Of a DNA stretch of 39,013 bases, positions 38,688 to 39,013 are shown in pieces. Every line of letters begins with the position of its first letter. The stretch's first letter is position 1. Under the pieces are notes generated by a model that worked only from the letters and a program-made list of their open reading frames with translations, was not told the DNA's origin and ran no database searches. Position numbers and translations under genes: made by a program. The DNA comes from Balneolaceae bacterium (GTDB taxonomy: Bacteria > Bacteroidota > Rhodothermia > Balneolales > Balneolaceae): contig SLAU01000279.1 in the NCBI GenBank assembly GCA_007126675.1, forward strand, positions 1-39,013, in the 5' to 3' direction.

Positions 38688-39013
38688 AAACCAATCTGCG
38701 TCCACAGCGCCTCTGCGGTTAATATAACACGGATAAACACGGATCGTGCGGAGAATCGCTGATCAAGAAAAGATAAAAATCTGTGAAGATCTGTCCCATC
38801 CGCATGATCGGCGTTCTATTAGCCCATAAATTTTATCACATTCCACATCTTACCGTAATAAAACCAATCTGCACCCACAGCGCCTCTGTCCCGTAGGGAT
38901 CCCTTTGGGACGGTTAAAAGAACGGGATCGTGCGGACAATCACCGATCAAGGAAAAACAGTGGTTTACGGTCAATTCTTGCAGAAGTTAAATTATTTTAC
39001 GTATTTGTTCATA
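38687..39013 (+). repeat. Repeat R2: second copy of the R1 leader, truncated by the window end
   Basis: It is colinear with 33215-33521. It contains an extra 22-nt double mini-hairpin, tcccgtaggga tccctttggga (38889-38910). Confidence 0.85.

Overview
The window is about 33 kb of conserved chromosomal backbone followed by about 6 kb of repeat-bounded accessory DNA. It looks like an FCB-group bacterium (Bacteroidota/Balneolota-like). This is inferred from a T9SS C-terminal sorting domain, an archaeal-type ProRS, a TonB/RlpA/FtsX gene set and word-like intergenic repeats. Backbone genes are rpoB (3' end), rpoC, a YtxH protein, fsa/tal, a HepT-MntA toxin-antitoxin pair, crtI, rlpA, a rhomboid protease, serC, DUF1015, DUF1844, a NUDIX hydrolase, tonB, vanZ, nnr, proS, an FKBP PPIase, pyrE, pgpA, pgsA, cinA, a large outer-membrane protein, ftsX, a Fur-family regulator, an acyl-CoA synthetase, DUF1499, a cysteine desulfurase and pgk. 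The most interesting part is 33.2-39.0 kb. A ~310-bp repeat (R1) precedes a tightly packed three-gene module. Gene A is a secreted Gly/Tyr-rich protein with a phage tail-fibre-type S74 self-cleaving chaperone domain, and it carries a perfect (TC)10 tract inside its signal-peptide codons. Gene B is a Cys-rich lipoprotein, judged by eye to be META-like plus PrcB-like. Gene C is an S8 subtilase with a T9SS sorting domain whose ATG overlaps the stop of B. Downstream lies a second, diverged copy of the last 19 codons of A plus all of B. This copy is disrupted by a 5-nt indel. A second copy of the repeat (R2) then runs off the window end, implying further modules beyond it. I propose this as a candidate phase-variable, multi-copy surface fibre/protease system. 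Several structured intergenic elements are also noted: a 158-nt nested palindrome, a 95-nt inverted repeat and small tcccNNNggga hairpins. No rRNA, tRNA, CRISPR array, transposase or integrase was recognised.
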